Shown: positions 1 to 9,932, counted from the stretch's first letter. The stretch: DNA of 60,815 nucleotides from Candidatus Methanomethylicus oleisabuli (GCA_001717025.1 MAGU01000079.1:1-60815); one strand, 5' to 3'. Program-made: numbers and translations. Notes: a model not told the origin generated them from the letters alone.

Positions 1-79
1 CCTTTAGGCTCTCGGTAACCGACTTCTCGAATTCCTCCTTGTCGGTGAATTTGATGGCTCTTTCCACAAAATCGCTCAC
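1..79 (-). CDS. hypothetical protein, N-terminal part only (runs off left edge)
   Basis: GTG at 79-77 with GGAGG about 10 nt upstream. Open to the window edge (VSDFVERAIKFTDKEEFEKSVTESLK...). No family recognised. Confidence 0.3.
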   Translation of the reverse strand, partial: MSDFVERAIKFTDKEEFEKSVTESLK

Positions 80-147
80 CTAGGAAACGCCTCCCCGCCA
101 GCAATCACGTGAATACAAGGGCAAATACGCCTCACAATCTCATCTCG

Positions 148-606
148 CTATCGCTTTTTCGCCTCTTCCAGCTGCTTTGCCCTAGTCTCCACGTATGAGG
201 AGATCTTCTCCTGAGTGATTGTGGTATCTTCATTTTGCTTATCGAGCTGTTCCTCAATGATCCTTAGCAGCTCCTGCGGATTCACAGGTTTCATCAGATA
301 TGCGTCGGCGCCCAGATTCACGGCTTTGATGGCGTTATCCAGCGCTGCGTGCCCTGTGATTATTATCTTCCGCGTCCGCGGCACCCTTGGCTGGAGCTGC
401 TGGAGCAGCTGCGTCCCCTCCATGTCTGGCAGCATGATGTCGATAAGGGCCAAATTGATGACGGACTCCTCCGACCTCTCGATGGCGGCGGCACCCGAAT
501 TGGCGGTTATTGCATCGTAACCTTTCCTTACAAGCAAGGATTGTAGAGTATCAAGGATGTCCTCATCGTCGTCTATAACCAGTATGCGCTTTTTGTCGCT
601 GCTCAT
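148..606 (-). CDS. response regulator, stand-alone receiver (CheY-like) domain
   Basis: ILVIDDDEDIL, phospho-acceptor context LALIDIMLPDMEG, and GADAYLMKP are typical REC motifs. Short C-terminal helical tail. Confidence 0.9.
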   Translation of the reverse strand: MSSDKKRILVIDDDEDILDTLQSLLVRKGYDAITANSGAAAIERSEESVINLALIDIMLPDMEGTQLLQQLQPRVPRTRKIIITGHAALDNAIKAVNLGADAYLMKPVNPQELLRIIEEQLDKQNEDTTITQEKISSYVETRAKQLEEAKKR

Positions 607-703
607 ATAAGATCACGCCTTGCTCTGTGCTCATAATAAATACGGCGTAGACGCTATAAGAGCATTTCCTTATCGAATGAGGGCTCATGCGCGGGTCATC
701 CGC

Positions 704-1765
704 TCAATTCTTTGCGATCTTTAGGTCGAGCGCCACCATATACTCATGAGGAGCCACCTCCTTGACGACCTTTGTGCGTTCAACGGTGCATGAGACCCCC
801 GGAGGCTTTGCGCGGTGCTCGAGCAGCTTCGCCGCCCCCTGAACAGGGTCACCGCCAGAGAAGACGTATAGGTGAACTATCCCGCCGGATGACTTCAGAA
901 CACGGAGTGCTGCGTCGAAGAAGTCGAGAGATGACTTCGGCAGGTTCATTATCACGCGATCGGCAACGCCTGCGATGGTATTTGATACGGCGGCGGCATT
1001 GCCCAAGATCGGAACCACCTCGCCCCTCAGCTTATTCATCGATATGTTCTCCCTGAGGAGTGCCACAGCATCGGGGTTGATGTCGATAGAGTATACCTTT
1101 GCCATGCGGCGCCTAGCGATCAGTATGGAGAATGGCCCCACTCCAGCGAACATATCCACGACGGTCTCACCATCACCTACGAGTGACGCGACGCGATTCC
1201 TCTCGCACCCCAGCCGGGGGGAGTAGTACACCTTAGAGACGTCTATGTTCAACCTGACCCCGTATTCAGTGCTAGTCGTTTTGCGCTTGTCCACACCAGC
1301 AACGAATGTGTAAGAGGGTACCCGGAAGATGCCATCGACCTTGCCTGTTTTAAGAAGGACCGTATGCGCGCTTTTATTAAGTTTCAGTAGGGCATTGCCG
1401 ATGCTGTTGATGTATGGGAGGAGGCTATCGGAGACCGGCTCTAGGAGGACGAGGTCTCCGAGCACATCAAAGGATTTGGGAATTAGGCTAATCAGACCAA
1501 GGGGAACCTCGCCATCGAGCAACCGCCTCAGGGTTGGCCTTGAGGGGCGGGGCTTGGGCAAATCACTGTCTAGAACCTCGAACAGCCCGATATCTGCCAG
1601 CTCCGCTTGGAGGCTGATAGGCGGCTCAACAAGGATGGGCAGCAGCAGGTTTTGACCGGTTGAGGCAATGCGCCGAGAGTTATCGAAGATGGAGGCTTTC
1701 GATAAGGCGCGTTTCATCGATTCGCCTGATGACCGGTTGACCTTCAAGCAGAGTTTCCGTTCCAT
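704..1765 (-). CDS. trm5: tRNA (guanine37-N1)-methyltransferase Trm5/Taw22 family
   Basis: VVDMFAGVGPFSILIA (SAM motif I), SIDINPDAV and DRVIMNLP match the Trm5 class I MTase. The track ORF extends to 1855, but the conserved D1 domain begins at MERKLCLKV (ATG 1765). Confidence 0.85.
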   Translation of the reverse strand: MERKLCLKVNRSSGESMKRALSKASIFDNSRRIASTGQNLLLPILVEPPISLQAELADIGLFEVLDSDLPKPRPSRPTLRRLLDGEVPLGLISLIPKSFDVLGDLVLLEPVSDSLLPYINSIGNALLKLNKSAHTVLLKTGKVDGIFRVPSYTFVAGVDKRKTTSTEYGVRLNIDVSKVYYSPRLGCERNRVASLVGDGETVVDMFAGVGPFSILIARRRMAKVYSIDINPDAVALLRENISMNKLRGEVVPILGNAAAVSNTIAGVADRVIMNLPKSSLDFFDAALRVLKSSGGIVHLYVFSGGDPVQGAAKLLEHRAKPPGVSCTVERTKVVKEVAPHEYMVALDLKIAKN

Positions 1766-1927
1766 AGCCGATAGCCCGCTTAAGTTCAGGAGTGATGGTG
1801 CAGCATTCATCATTATTCGGTTTGCGACATATATATCCTTACGAAGAGGAGACAATGGGTAATCACGCTACGCTCGACTGACAACAGTTAATAACGGCGT
1901 TTAACAAAGGTTGATTGTCTACACTCG

Positions 1928-2767
1928 GTGGTGCTATCTATCAACAGGTCATTCAGGCATACATGGGCAGCGACGAATAAGCTCATCATCAAGGCGATCT
2001 CGAGGCCGTCCGAGCTCAAGAGTATGATAAACAGGGCTCCAGACCTCCATGCTGTGCCCAGGATAGCAGCGATAAAGAGTGCGTTCATGAAAGGGATTCC
2101 GACAATTGAAGCTGGCGCTGCCGACGGGTGGTTTTCAATCGAGCTTGCTCCGTACTTCAACACGCCGATATTGGCATTGGCGTATACGGAAGCAGAGTAT
2201 GAGGCAATGAAGAACAACATAAAGGTGCTGAGAATTGAGAAGTATTTGGCCGCCGGCAAGGATGATGCCCAAACGCTCGCTACGATAAAAGACGGTGGCA
2301 TCGGACAGATCCTTCTGATTGACGTGCTCGAACATGTTGACGACGACCGAGCTGCGATAAGAGCGGCGTGGAGGGTTCTGCGCCAGGGGGGGAGGTTTGT
2401 GGTCTCTGTGCCAACGCCTTACTATCCGCACTGGTTCGGGGAGGACTTCGACAGCATCATCGGACACCGCAGGCACTTCACGAGAGAGAGTCTTGAAGCG
2501 AAGCTCCGCGCACAGGGCTTTGATATCGAAGAATATTTCTACTATACGTCTGCAGCATCGGGCAAGCTGATGAAGCTGTGGTATAGGGATCTCAAGGTCT
2601 GGCCAAAGGAGTTTGCGGGCAAGAACTCAGGTAAGAGGAGAGTGACCGAAATTCTGTCGACCATACTCCTGCCTGTACTTAGCGTCCTTTCGTTAAGGCT
2701 CGAGTCGTACGACAAGGTCATCGACGGGCACGCAAGCCTGCTTATGGTTGGAATAAAAAGGGATTGA
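1928..2767 (+). CDS. class I SAM-dependent methyltransferase (type 11-like)
   Basis: IEAGAADGWFS (motif I-like) and LLIDVLEHVDDDRAAIRAAWRVLRQGGRFVVSVP (motif post-II/III). Start uncertain: GTG 1928 or ATG 2024. Confidence 0.75.
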   Translation: MVLSINRSFRHTWAATNKLIIKAISRPSELKSMINRAPDLHAVPRIAAIKSAFMKGIPTIEAGAADGWFSIELAPYFNTPILALAYTEAEYEAMKNNIKVLRIEKYLAAGKDDAQTLATIKDGGIGQILLIDVLEHVDDDRAAIRAAWRVLRQGGRFVVSVPTPYYPHWFGEDFDSIIGHRRHFTRESLEAKLRAQGFDIEEYFYYTSAASGKLMKLWYRDLKVWPKEFAGKNSGKRRVTEILSTILLPVLSVLSLRLESYDKVIDGHASLLMVGIKRD

Positions 2768-2789
2768 GCGGGAGATTAAGAAGGTACGC

Positions 2790-2795
2790 TTTTTT
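2790..2795 (+). terminator. oligo-T tract after the methyltransferase gene
   Basis: T6 lies 23 nt after the stop at 2767. Archaeal terminators are typically T-runs. Confidence 0.3.
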
Positions 2796-2830
2796 GAAGC
2801 GAATCCGATGTGCCGGATATTAAGTGGAAA

Positions 2831-2908
2831 TGGCGGGTTCGGGGAGATTTGAACTCCCGACCTACGACTTAGGAGGCCGCCGCGCTATCCAGTCTGCGCC
2901 ACGAACCC
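2831..2908 (-). tRNA. tRNA-Arg (anticodon CCT), CCA encoded
   Basis: The reverse complement folds as a cloverleaf: acceptor GGGTTCG/CGAACCC, D arm GCGC..GCGC, anticodon stem GCGGC/GTCGT with loop CTCCTAA, T arm GGGAG-TTCAAAT-CTCCC, discriminator G plus CCA. 78 nt. Confidence 0.93.
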
Positions 2909-2947
2909 ATCCAACCGGACTAAAAAAGCAGATACCCGGTGTATTAT

Positions 2948-3598
2948 TTATATTTTTGTCGGGCGCGTCCCCAAAACGTTGATGACTGCAAATCCCGCAA
3001 TGTCAAAAGCCTCCTTCGCTTTGTCAATGACGATAGAGTCGCTGGAGCATGCCACCCCATCGATGCGCGATATGTCAAGGTCTGCTGTGCGCGATGTCGA
3101 TGAAGTGCAGTCGATGCCGGAGGAGCGGAGCCTTTCGCTGAGGTATGAGGATACATCCCCGCTGTTGCTGATCTGTTCGTCGAAGACCATGACAACGGAT
3201 GATGGCGAGAGGGTGAAGAGGGCGGATATGATGGGGGCCGCAACTACGCCGGCCTTCTCGATTGAGGGGCGCCCCCTATCGACGGTGATGTCCCGTACCA
3301 CACCGTCGTCGCAGAGCAGGAGTGGATGCCCACCGATGGCCCAGTATATCGTCCACATCACATTGAAGCCGTCCAGCGCCAGCCTCCTGCCCTTGAGCTG
3401 CTCAGGCCGAAGCAACTTGGATGAACGCCTCCGCGCCTCCTCAGATGGGTGGATGCACCGGTAGAGTGCGATCCGCTCCGGCTTCCCAAGTGCGAAGCGG
3501 TCGCCCACTACCTTGACGGAGGAGGCCCTGCTGTACCCCCTATTCAGGAGGTATCTCAGGTCCTCTGCCGCCTGGCTCATCAGCTCGAGGGTGAGCAT
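2948..3598 (-). CDS. conserved archaeal protein, DUF434-like N-terminus plus a PIN-like/DUF5616-like C-terminal domain (tentative)
   Basis: LRYLLNRGYSRASSVKVVGDRFAL resembles DUF434, from memory. Overlaps the leuS stop by 19 nt on the same strand. Confidence 0.6.
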   Translation of the reverse strand: MLTLELMSQAAEDLRYLLNRGYSRASSVKVVGDRFALGKPERIALYRCIHPSEEARRRSSKLLRPEQLKGRRLALDGFNVMWTIYWAIGGHPLLLCDDGVVRDITVDRGRPSIEKAGVVAAPIISALFTLSPSSVVMVFDEQISNSGDVSSYLSERLRSSGIDCTSSTSRTADLDISRIDGVACSSDSIVIDKAKEAFDIAGFAVINVLGTRPTKI

Positions 3599-6498
3599 GT
3601 GTTGCCCTCAACATATATGGCTGGGCGCATCGGCGCTGCCTGCCCCGCCTTCTTCTTCGGGTCATATGCAGGGGCGTCGCCGGGGTAAACATCCACGTCG
3701 CACCTGAACATGGATGACAGGAACCGCAGGCTGGATTTCAGCGCCTCCGGCTCGTCTATGCCGCCCACCTGCAGCATCCGCTGGCGCTCCTCTCTCTGCA
3801 TCGAGACGATGCACTGTGAGACGCTGCCTATGAACTTCGCAGCCTCGCCGCCTCTGGCGCGTATCTCCGGATCCCTCATGGCCTCCCGGACGAGCTGCTT
3901 TGGATCAGCCCCACTCTCTATCACACGCATCGCCTTGAGGTATGCGTCCCACTTCCATTTGGGAGCGGTGTAGTAGCATATCTTGGTCGGGACTATACCG
4001 GTCACACGCGTGATCTCCGAGGTATCCGCCACGACGCCCTTGATGAAGTTCTCAGATATCTCGGTCCTGTCGTCAACGAGCGCCTGGTCCACAGCCGGAT
4101 AGCGCGCGACTGAGACGAAGCCGCTACCGCCCATCCGCTCCCAGAGCTCCTCGCATACGTGCGGTGCGAAGGGTGCGATGAGCCGCACTATGGTCTCGAT
4201 GACGTGCTTTATGACGGCGCGGACGTTTGGGTTAGAGCAGCAGTCGCCCTTCCGCCTGATGTACCACTGCAGGTCCTGCTGCAGCGTGAAGAAGGATGCA
4301 TTGATTGCCTCGCGCACCCTCAGGCAGTCCATGGCACAGACCACCTGCTGGATCACCTTCTGAGTCCTGCTCAGCACCCAACTGTCCATCTGATCCAGCT
4401 TGGAGTGGCCAAGCGCCCCAGCATCGGAGTACTGCAGCGCCAGGCTGTAGAATTCCTGCAGCTTGGACTTTGTGCTCCTCGCCAGGGTGTCGCTGAAGTC
4501 GGCGTCCTGTAGCAGCTCGGAGGCGGAGAGTATGGAGACCCTGAGCGTGTCCGCACCGTAGATCTTTATCGCCTTCCTGAGCGGGATGATGTTGCCAAGG
4601 GACTTGGACATCTTCTTGCCATCCATGAGGACGCTGCCGTTGACCGCGATCTGCCTAGGCCAGCACTCCCTGGGAAAGATTGCAACATGGTTGAAGACGA
4701 AGAACGTGAGGTGGTTCGGCACAAGGTCCCTGCCAGAGTGCCGGCTGTCTAGCGGGTAGAAGTATATGAACTCACTGCGCATTGCTTCTGCCGCTTCTCT
4801 GCCGACCTTTAGGGTAGCAGGGTCGCCCTTACCGAGGAAGACGTAGTCGAAGGTGGCGTCGTCAAGCTGGTCGGCGCCTATGCCCCGCGCGTTTATGACG
4901 CTGGAGACCGTGTAGTATGCCATGTAGATCGTTGAGTCGGAGAGGCTCTCGATTATCCAGTCCCTGTCCCACGGAAGGCGCGTCCCCAGACCTGCCCTCC
5001 TTGCGCATGCCTTCTCCTTCAGCCAATCCACGACGTTCATGAACTCCTGCCTGAGGTCCTCCGGAACCAGCGACATCCCCCTAAGGTGCTCCCTAACCAT
5101 CCCCTTCCACGCCTCATCGCCGTAGTTAATGAACCACTGGTCGCCTAGGAGGTTGACCACAACTTCGCTGCCGCAGCGGCACTTTATGGGACCGTTGATA
5201 ACCTCGTAGATAAGGAACGCGCTACCGTCGGCGAGGAGGTCCTTCCTCACATCCTCCTTCGCGCGGCTGACCGGCATGCCTGCGTACTTGCCGGTCTCTG
5301 GGCGCATCGAGGCGGTGTGGAACTCCTTCTGGTATAGCTCCTTCGTAGCGTCCTCTGCCTTCGCGTCTAGCTGCCCCTTGATGCCCATCCTGTCGACTAT
5401 GTCCTTCGCGGGTATCTCAGAGTAGCCATCGAGCTTTACGACTGGGATGGGCTCTATCGCCGCCAAGGATTCGTCGGATATGCCGAACTTGGAGAGCGCC
5501 CCCCGGCTGGATTTCAGGTCCCTGAGCGCGAGCAGGTCGTACGGGGCGTGTGCCGGAACAGACATGACGACGCCGGTCGCGTTCGCAGGGTCTACGAAGC
5601 TCGCCGGCAGTATAGTGACCTTCCCCTTCGTGACGGGGTTGGTAACCTGCCTGCCGATCAGCGAGGAGCCGCCGATATCGCGGAGGACCTCCACGCCGGA
5701 GTACTGCCCCTTGAGCTTGGCGCTCGCGACCCGGCTCACGATCATCCGCTCTCCATTTAAGGAGACCTCGACGTACTGGGCGTCGGGGTTTAGCCACAGG
5801 TTGGTGACGCCGTATATCGTCTCTGGCCTGAGTGTCGCTGCAGGGAGTGCGACTCCGTCGAGGTCGAATTTGATGGCTGTGAACTCGCCTACCTCAGGCT
5901 CCTTGTCGCCCAGCGTGTCGTGCTGTCCGACAGGGTTCTTGCATGAGGGGCACCACCCTATCGGATGGGCGCCCTTTGTGATAAGCCCCTTCGCGTAGAG
6001 CTGGTGGAACTGCCACTCTATGAACTTGCTGTACTGCGGCTTGACGGTAGTGAACTCGCGCCTCCAGTCGATGGAGAAGCCCATCTCCTGCATCCCGAGC
6101 TTGAGGTCGCGGTGGAAGTGGCTTGCGATGTTGATCGGGTCTGCGAAGGACGGTACCACCTCCTCAGGGACTCCGTAGAGCTTGACGAACACGTCCATGA
6201 GCTCCCTGTCGCCTGCGATTACCCTCTTGCTCATGGCAAGGATGGGGGTGCCGGTATAGTGGAATGCCATCGGGAGTAGGACGTTGTAGCCCCTCATCCT
6301 CATGTACCGTGCGTGAGCGTCTGCAAGCGCATAGGTCCTGGCATGCCCTATGTGCTGAGGCGCATTTGGGTATGGGTACGCGACGGTCAGGTAGTACTTC
6401 GGCTTGGAGGGGTCGGGATTTGCCTCGAAGACCTTCGCCTCAGCCCAACGGCTCTGCCACTTCTCCTCGAGCCGGTTGAAGTCGAGCACGCATGACAT
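3580..6498 (-). CDS. leuS: leucine--tRNA ligase (archaeal type)
   Basis: HIGH-type motif PQHIGHARTY, KMSKS motif GKKMSKSLGN, 972 aa, CP1 editing domain. GGTGATC SD 7 nt upstream of the ATG. Confidence 0.97.
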   Translation of the reverse strand: MSCVLDFNRLEEKWQSRWAEAKVFEANPDPSKPKYYLTVAYPYPNAPQHIGHARTYALADAHARYMRMRGYNVLLPMAFHYTGTPILAMSKRVIAGDRELMDVFVKLYGVPEEVVPSFADPINIASHFHRDLKLGMQEMGFSIDWRREFTTVKPQYSKFIEWQFHQLYAKGLITKGAHPIGWCPSCKNPVGQHDTLGDKEPEVGEFTAIKFDLDGVALPAATLRPETIYGVTNLWLNPDAQYVEVSLNGERMIVSRVASAKLKGQYSGVEVLRDIGGSSLIGRQVTNPVTKGKVTILPASFVDPANATGVVMSVPAHAPYDLLALRDLKSSRGALSKFGISDESLAAIEPIPVVKLDGYSEIPAKDIVDRMGIKGQLDAKAEDATKELYQKEFHTASMRPETGKYAGMPVSRAKEDVRKDLLADGSAFLIYEVINGPIKCRCGSEVVVNLLGDQWFINYGDEAWKGMVREHLRGMSLVPEDLRQEFMNVVDWLKEKACARRAGLGTRLPWDRDWIIESLSDSTIYMAYYTVSSVINARGIGADQLDDATFDYVFLGKGDPATLKVGREAAEAMRSEFIYFYPLDSRHSGRDLVPNHLTFFVFNHVAIFPRECWPRQIAVNGSVLMDGKKMSKSLGNIIPLRKAIKIYGADTLRVSILSASELLQDADFSDTLARSTKSKLQEFYSLALQYSDAGALGHSKLDQMDSWVLSRTQKVIQQVVCAMDCLRVREAINASFFTLQQDLQWYIRRKGDCCSNPNVRAVIKHVIETIVRLIAPFAPHVCEELWERMGGSGFVSVARYPAVDQALVDDRTEISENFIKGVVADTSEITRVTGIVPTKICYYTAPKWKWDAYLKAMRVIESGADPKQLVREAMRDPEIRARGGEAAKFIGSVSQCIVSMQREERQRMLQVGGIDEPEALKSSLRFLSSMFRCDVDVYPGDAPAYDPKKKAGQAAPMRPAIYVEGNTCSPSS

Positions 6499-6570
6499 AA
6501 CTGTAGATCACCACAGATGTTGTTTTATTTGTTAAGCGAAGCCGTAGATATGGACAGTAATCAGAGGTCA

Positions 6571-9330
6571 TCACGTATGATTAAGGCTTTCCATTGCCTC
6601 CCTCACCTTCGACGAGGCCTCTGCGAAACGCCCGAGCTCAGACGGCGGGACCCTCCCCTGTCCGATGTCTTGCTTCCCACCGCCCTTGCCATTCAGGATC
6701 GCTGCTACGTCTGCCATAGCCCTGCCGGCGCTGAACCCGCGCTTGACCACGGCGTCGCCTGCCATGACGACCACGCTTCCATCCGCCTTTGATGCGAGTA
6801 GCGCCACCAGCGACGGCTCGCTGGCGACAAGGCTGGATCCGAGTGCGACCAAGTCGTTCGAGGTCAGGGTACCGAACACCATCGCGACCAGCTTTGCCAC
6901 TCCGACCTGCTCAGCGGTTGAGGCGAGGACCGGCAGGAGCTCCTCGGCCATGGATCGCCTCAGGCGCTCTGTCCCCCTCCTGCACTCGGCGAAGTCGTCC
7001 ATAACGACTTGGGACGCCCTTTCGACCCGCTCGATGGGAGCGTTGAGTATGGCGGCGACGCGCTGTAGCGTGGCTTCCGTCGACTGTATGGCCCTCAGCG
7101 CCGCCTCCCCAGAGGCGAACTCCATACGCTCTACCCCGTCTTGGATGCGCTCCGACTTGAGTATCTTGATAATGCCTATCTCGCCGGTGTTCTCGCAGTG
7201 TATGCCGGCGCACGCCTCCACATCCCACCCCTCCACCTCAACGACCCTTATGGTGGGGCCGTGAACGACCCCGCCCTGGTAAAGCCTGAATCCGAACCTC
7301 TGCTCTGCCTTGTTCCGGTCCTCGAAGTAGGCCCTTATCGGCCTGCACTCCTCGACGACGCGGTTCGCTATGGTCTCGATCTGGCGCAGCTGCTCCGGCG
7401 TGATCTTCTCGTAGTGCGATATGTCGAGCCTGCTCCTGTCGACGTTCTTCTGCGCCCCCTGCTGCCAGACATGGTCTCCGAGGACCTTCCTGGCGGCACC
7501 GAGGAGGATGTGGGTCGAGGAGTGGTGCCTAGCCAGGCTCATCCTCCGATCCCAGCTTATGCTACACTCTACGGACTCCCCGGGCAGGAACAGGGCGCCA
7601 CCAGATACGAAGTGAACGACTATCCCCCTGGACTTCTGCGAGCCGACGACCTCGACAAGCCTGCTTCCTGACGATATCGTCCCCGTATCGCTTGGCTGGC
7701 CTCCGCCCTCAGGGTAGAATATCGTCCGGTCGAGGACCATGCGAGCCTGGTCCGAGTAGAGGACCCGCGCTTCGATCGTCTTAGCCTTCGGCTCGGAGTA
7801 GTAGACTAGCTCGGTCTTGGGCAGGTCGGGCATCCCCTTCAGGACATCGTCACCACCGTCCGTGGTTTCTGCTGCTACCGAGGCCGAGTGGCGATCGGCG
7901 ACTATAGTGTCAAAGGTGTCGGGTATCTCGACCTTTACCCCTTGCTGCTCGCAGACATCCTTCACTATCTCAGGCGGCAGCCCGTTAGAGTCGTACAGCT
8001 CTATGAGCTTCTCCTGCGGCAGGGTGCCATTCTGGCTCACCTCGCCGGACCTTATCAGCCTGGACACGAGCGCCCTGCCCTGCCCTATCGTCCGCTCGTA
8101 CCGTGAGACCTCGAGGTCGGTCACCCTCATGACGTAGTCCACGTTCTCCGCAAGGCTTGGGAATTGCCCCTTCCAGTATCCTATCTGCATCAGAAGCAGC
8201 TCGGAGAGGGGCAACTTTATGCCCATTTTATCCATGAGGCGCTTTGATCGCCTGACGAGGAGCCGGGCCAGGTATCCAGCCTGTACGTTTGAAGGAACCG
8301 CGCCGTCGCTTAGCATGAAGGCAAGCGTCTTCGTGTGGTCCAGGAGGGCGGTGATGTTCTCGATGGGCGCCATCTGAGCCTCCAGCTCCGCAGGCGTGGT
8401 CCCAAGCATCTTGGCGACCTGGACCCGTGCATCCTTGAGAGACCCCGCATCGATGATGTTCATTAGCCCTGCGTACTTGGTATTGGCAGCAAGCGCGCGC
8501 TCGTCGGGCATCTCGATCTTAGCTATCCCCATGAAGTCGTCCAGCAGACCGCCGTAGATCGCCTCGAATGCGGTTGGCGTCCCCTGCGAGACCCAAGTGA
8601 ACCGCTCTAGACCGTATCCGGTGTCGACCACCCTGAGCGGGAGTTCCCGGTATTCGCTGCCGACCTTCCTATACTGCATGAAGACAAGCGTCGAGAGCTC
8701 GATGCCCCTCACCATCCCCTCAAGGTCTGGACCGGCGTCGCCTCCCCCTTCCCACCAGTGCTCGATATAGGTGATCTCCCTGCCTTCTATGCCGAGTTCC
8801 TTTGTAAGGAAGTCGTGGTGGAGCCGGACGGTCTCCTCCTTCCAGTAGACCTCCTTTTCGTTTGAAGAGAAGGCGTGGTGCGCCATCATCTCGAATATGC
8901 TCAGGTGCCTTCCTCCGGTCTTTCCTACGTTGTCAAGGTCGTTCATACGGATGCAGGGCTGCGATATTGCTAGCGGGTTGTACGGCGGCGGCACCTCGCC
9001 GCTCGTGACGTGGGGCTGGAAGCAGGCAATCGATGCGATCGTCAGGAATATGTCATCCCTCCACCGGGCGACCACAGGGCAGCGCGGTACCCTCGTATGC
9101 CCGTTCCGCTCTAGGAACGAGAGAAATGCCTCGCGCATCTCATCAATCGAGTAGCGCCTCTTGAAAGGCGGATCACCTATGAACGAGAATGGCACGCATG
9201 GCGAGTCCCCGCAGACGTCCCGATCAGGGTCCAATGTCCAGAAGTGCCTCTTGCAGCACCTGCACTCCTTTCTGATAAAGCCGTTGCTACTGAAGAACTG
9301 TAGGTTATATGCGTCTGCGGCGGGTATCAT
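6571..9330 (-). CDS. alaS: alanine--tRNA ligase (archaeal type)
   Basis: 919 aa. Class II core, editing-domain HxxxH motif (HSSTHIL) and C-terminal DHHA1-like GGGKQDIGQG. Confidence 0.96.
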   Translation of the reverse strand: MIPAADAYNLQFFSSNGFIRKECRCCKRHFWTLDPDRDVCGDSPCVPFSFIGDPPFKRRYSIDEMREAFLSFLERNGHTRVPRCPVVARWRDDIFLTIASIACFQPHVTSGEVPPPYNPLAISQPCIRMNDLDNVGKTGGRHLSIFEMMAHHAFSSNEKEVYWKEETVRLHHDFLTKELGIEGREITYIEHWWEGGGDAGPDLEGMVRGIELSTLVFMQYRKVGSEYRELPLRVVDTGYGLERFTWVSQGTPTAFEAIYGGLLDDFMGIAKIEMPDERALAANTKYAGLMNIIDAGSLKDARVQVAKMLGTTPAELEAQMAPIENITALLDHTKTLAFMLSDGAVPSNVQAGYLARLLVRRSKRLMDKMGIKLPLSELLLMQIGYWKGQFPSLAENVDYVMRVTDLEVSRYERTIGQGRALVSRLIRSGEVSQNGTLPQEKLIELYDSNGLPPEIVKDVCEQQGVKVEIPDTFDTIVADRHSASVAAETTDGGDDVLKGMPDLPKTELVYYSEPKAKTIEARVLYSDQARMVLDRTIFYPEGGGQPSDTGTISSGSRLVEVVGSQKSRGIVVHFVSGGALFLPGESVECSISWDRRMSLARHHSSTHILLGAARKVLGDHVWQQGAQKNVDRSRLDISHYEKITPEQLRQIETIANRVVEECRPIRAYFEDRNKAEQRFGFRLYQGGVVHGPTIRVVEVEGWDVEACAGIHCENTGEIGIIKILKSERIQDGVERMEFASGEAALRAIQSTEATLQRVAAILNAPIERVERASQVVMDDFAECRRGTERLRRSMAEELLPVLASTAEQVGVAKLVAMVFGTLTSNDLVALGSSLVASEPSLVALLASKADGSVVVMAGDAVVKRGFSAGRAMADVAAILNGKGGGKQDIGQGRVPPSELGRFAEASSKVREAMESLNHT

Positions 9331-9416
9331 TGACCTTCCTCAGATAGTCTTCACTTGAGAGGGCACAAATAGTTAAGCATTATCGGTCCTGTGGACCTGC
9401 GTTTAATGAAAAATTT

Positions 9417-9423
9417 AAAAAAA
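9417..9423 (-). terminator. oligo-T tract downstream of the P1 gene
   Basis: T7 on the minus strand, about 50 nt after the P1 stop (9473). Confidence 0.35.
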
Positions 9424-9472
9424 GGGAGTTTTGACCAGGCTCCTGAGGTAGGCAAGGCGCCCGGCATTGGGG

Positions 9473-9796
9473 TCACCCGAAGAGTGCGCCCAATCCTTCT
9501 GCTGTCTCTTCTTCAGAGGCTTGCTCCTTCTTCTCTTCCTTCTTGGTTTCCTTCTTCGCCTCTTGCGCAGGAGCCGCGGTTGCTGCTGGGGCGGCCGCCA
9601 CTGGAATGGCTGCGGACTTGATGGCTTCATCGATGTTTATCTCACTTAGTGCTGCAACGAGGGCCTTGACGCGAGCGTCATCTACGGATACACCTGCGGC
9701 AGAGAGCACTTTCTTGATATTATCGTCGTTTATTGGTTGCTTAGCGCTGTGAAGAAGCATGCCGGCGTAAATATATTCTATCTTAATCACCCCCAA
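9473..9796 (-). CDS. rpl12: ribosomal stalk protein P1 (L12e)
   Basis: [44 protein letters not shown] with an acidic tail ending EGLGALFG. Start ambiguous (TTG 9796, GTG 9790, or ATA 9781); see finding. Confidence 0.93.
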   Translation of the reverse strand: MGVIKIEYIYAGMLLHSAKQPINDDNIKKVLSAAGVSVDDARVKALVAALSEINIDEAIKSAAIPVAAAPAATAAPAQEAKKETKKEEKKEQASEEETAEGLGALFG

Positions 9797-9864
9797 CCAA
9801 GCGGGATTTTATACGAAAATATTAGTACTTAAATCCTTCGCCTGAGTGCGATGGTCAGGCTTGG

Positions 9865-9889
9865 AAAAAAGGATGGCGCTGATGCGCCA
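9865..9889 (-). terminator. hairpin plus T6 between the P0 and P1 genes
   Basis: Minus strand reads TGGCGC-ATCA-GCGCCA, then TCC, then TTTTTT. It starts about 44 nt after the P0 stop. Confidence 0.4.
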
Positions 9890-9932
9890 CACGCGTCTGT
9901 TCCCCGGAGATGGCGGATACGCCGCCACCCGC

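Noticed and set aside
1888-2301. 137-aa hydrophobic ORF antisense to the methyltransferase 5' region
   Set aside because: It overlaps the SAM-MTase frame, which carries recognisable motifs. The location partly in the divergent promoter region makes it unlikely, though it is not formally excluded.
9331-9472. Intergenic spacers screened for C/D-box sRNAs, SRP RNA or RNase P RNA (also 25914-26050, 41044-41249, 47011-47141, 52819-53089)
   Set aside because: No RUGAUGA...CUGA box pairs with the right spacing were seen, and no conserved RNA motifs. Content is consistent with TATA boxes, SD sites and T-run terminators. A covariance-model scan was not possible here.
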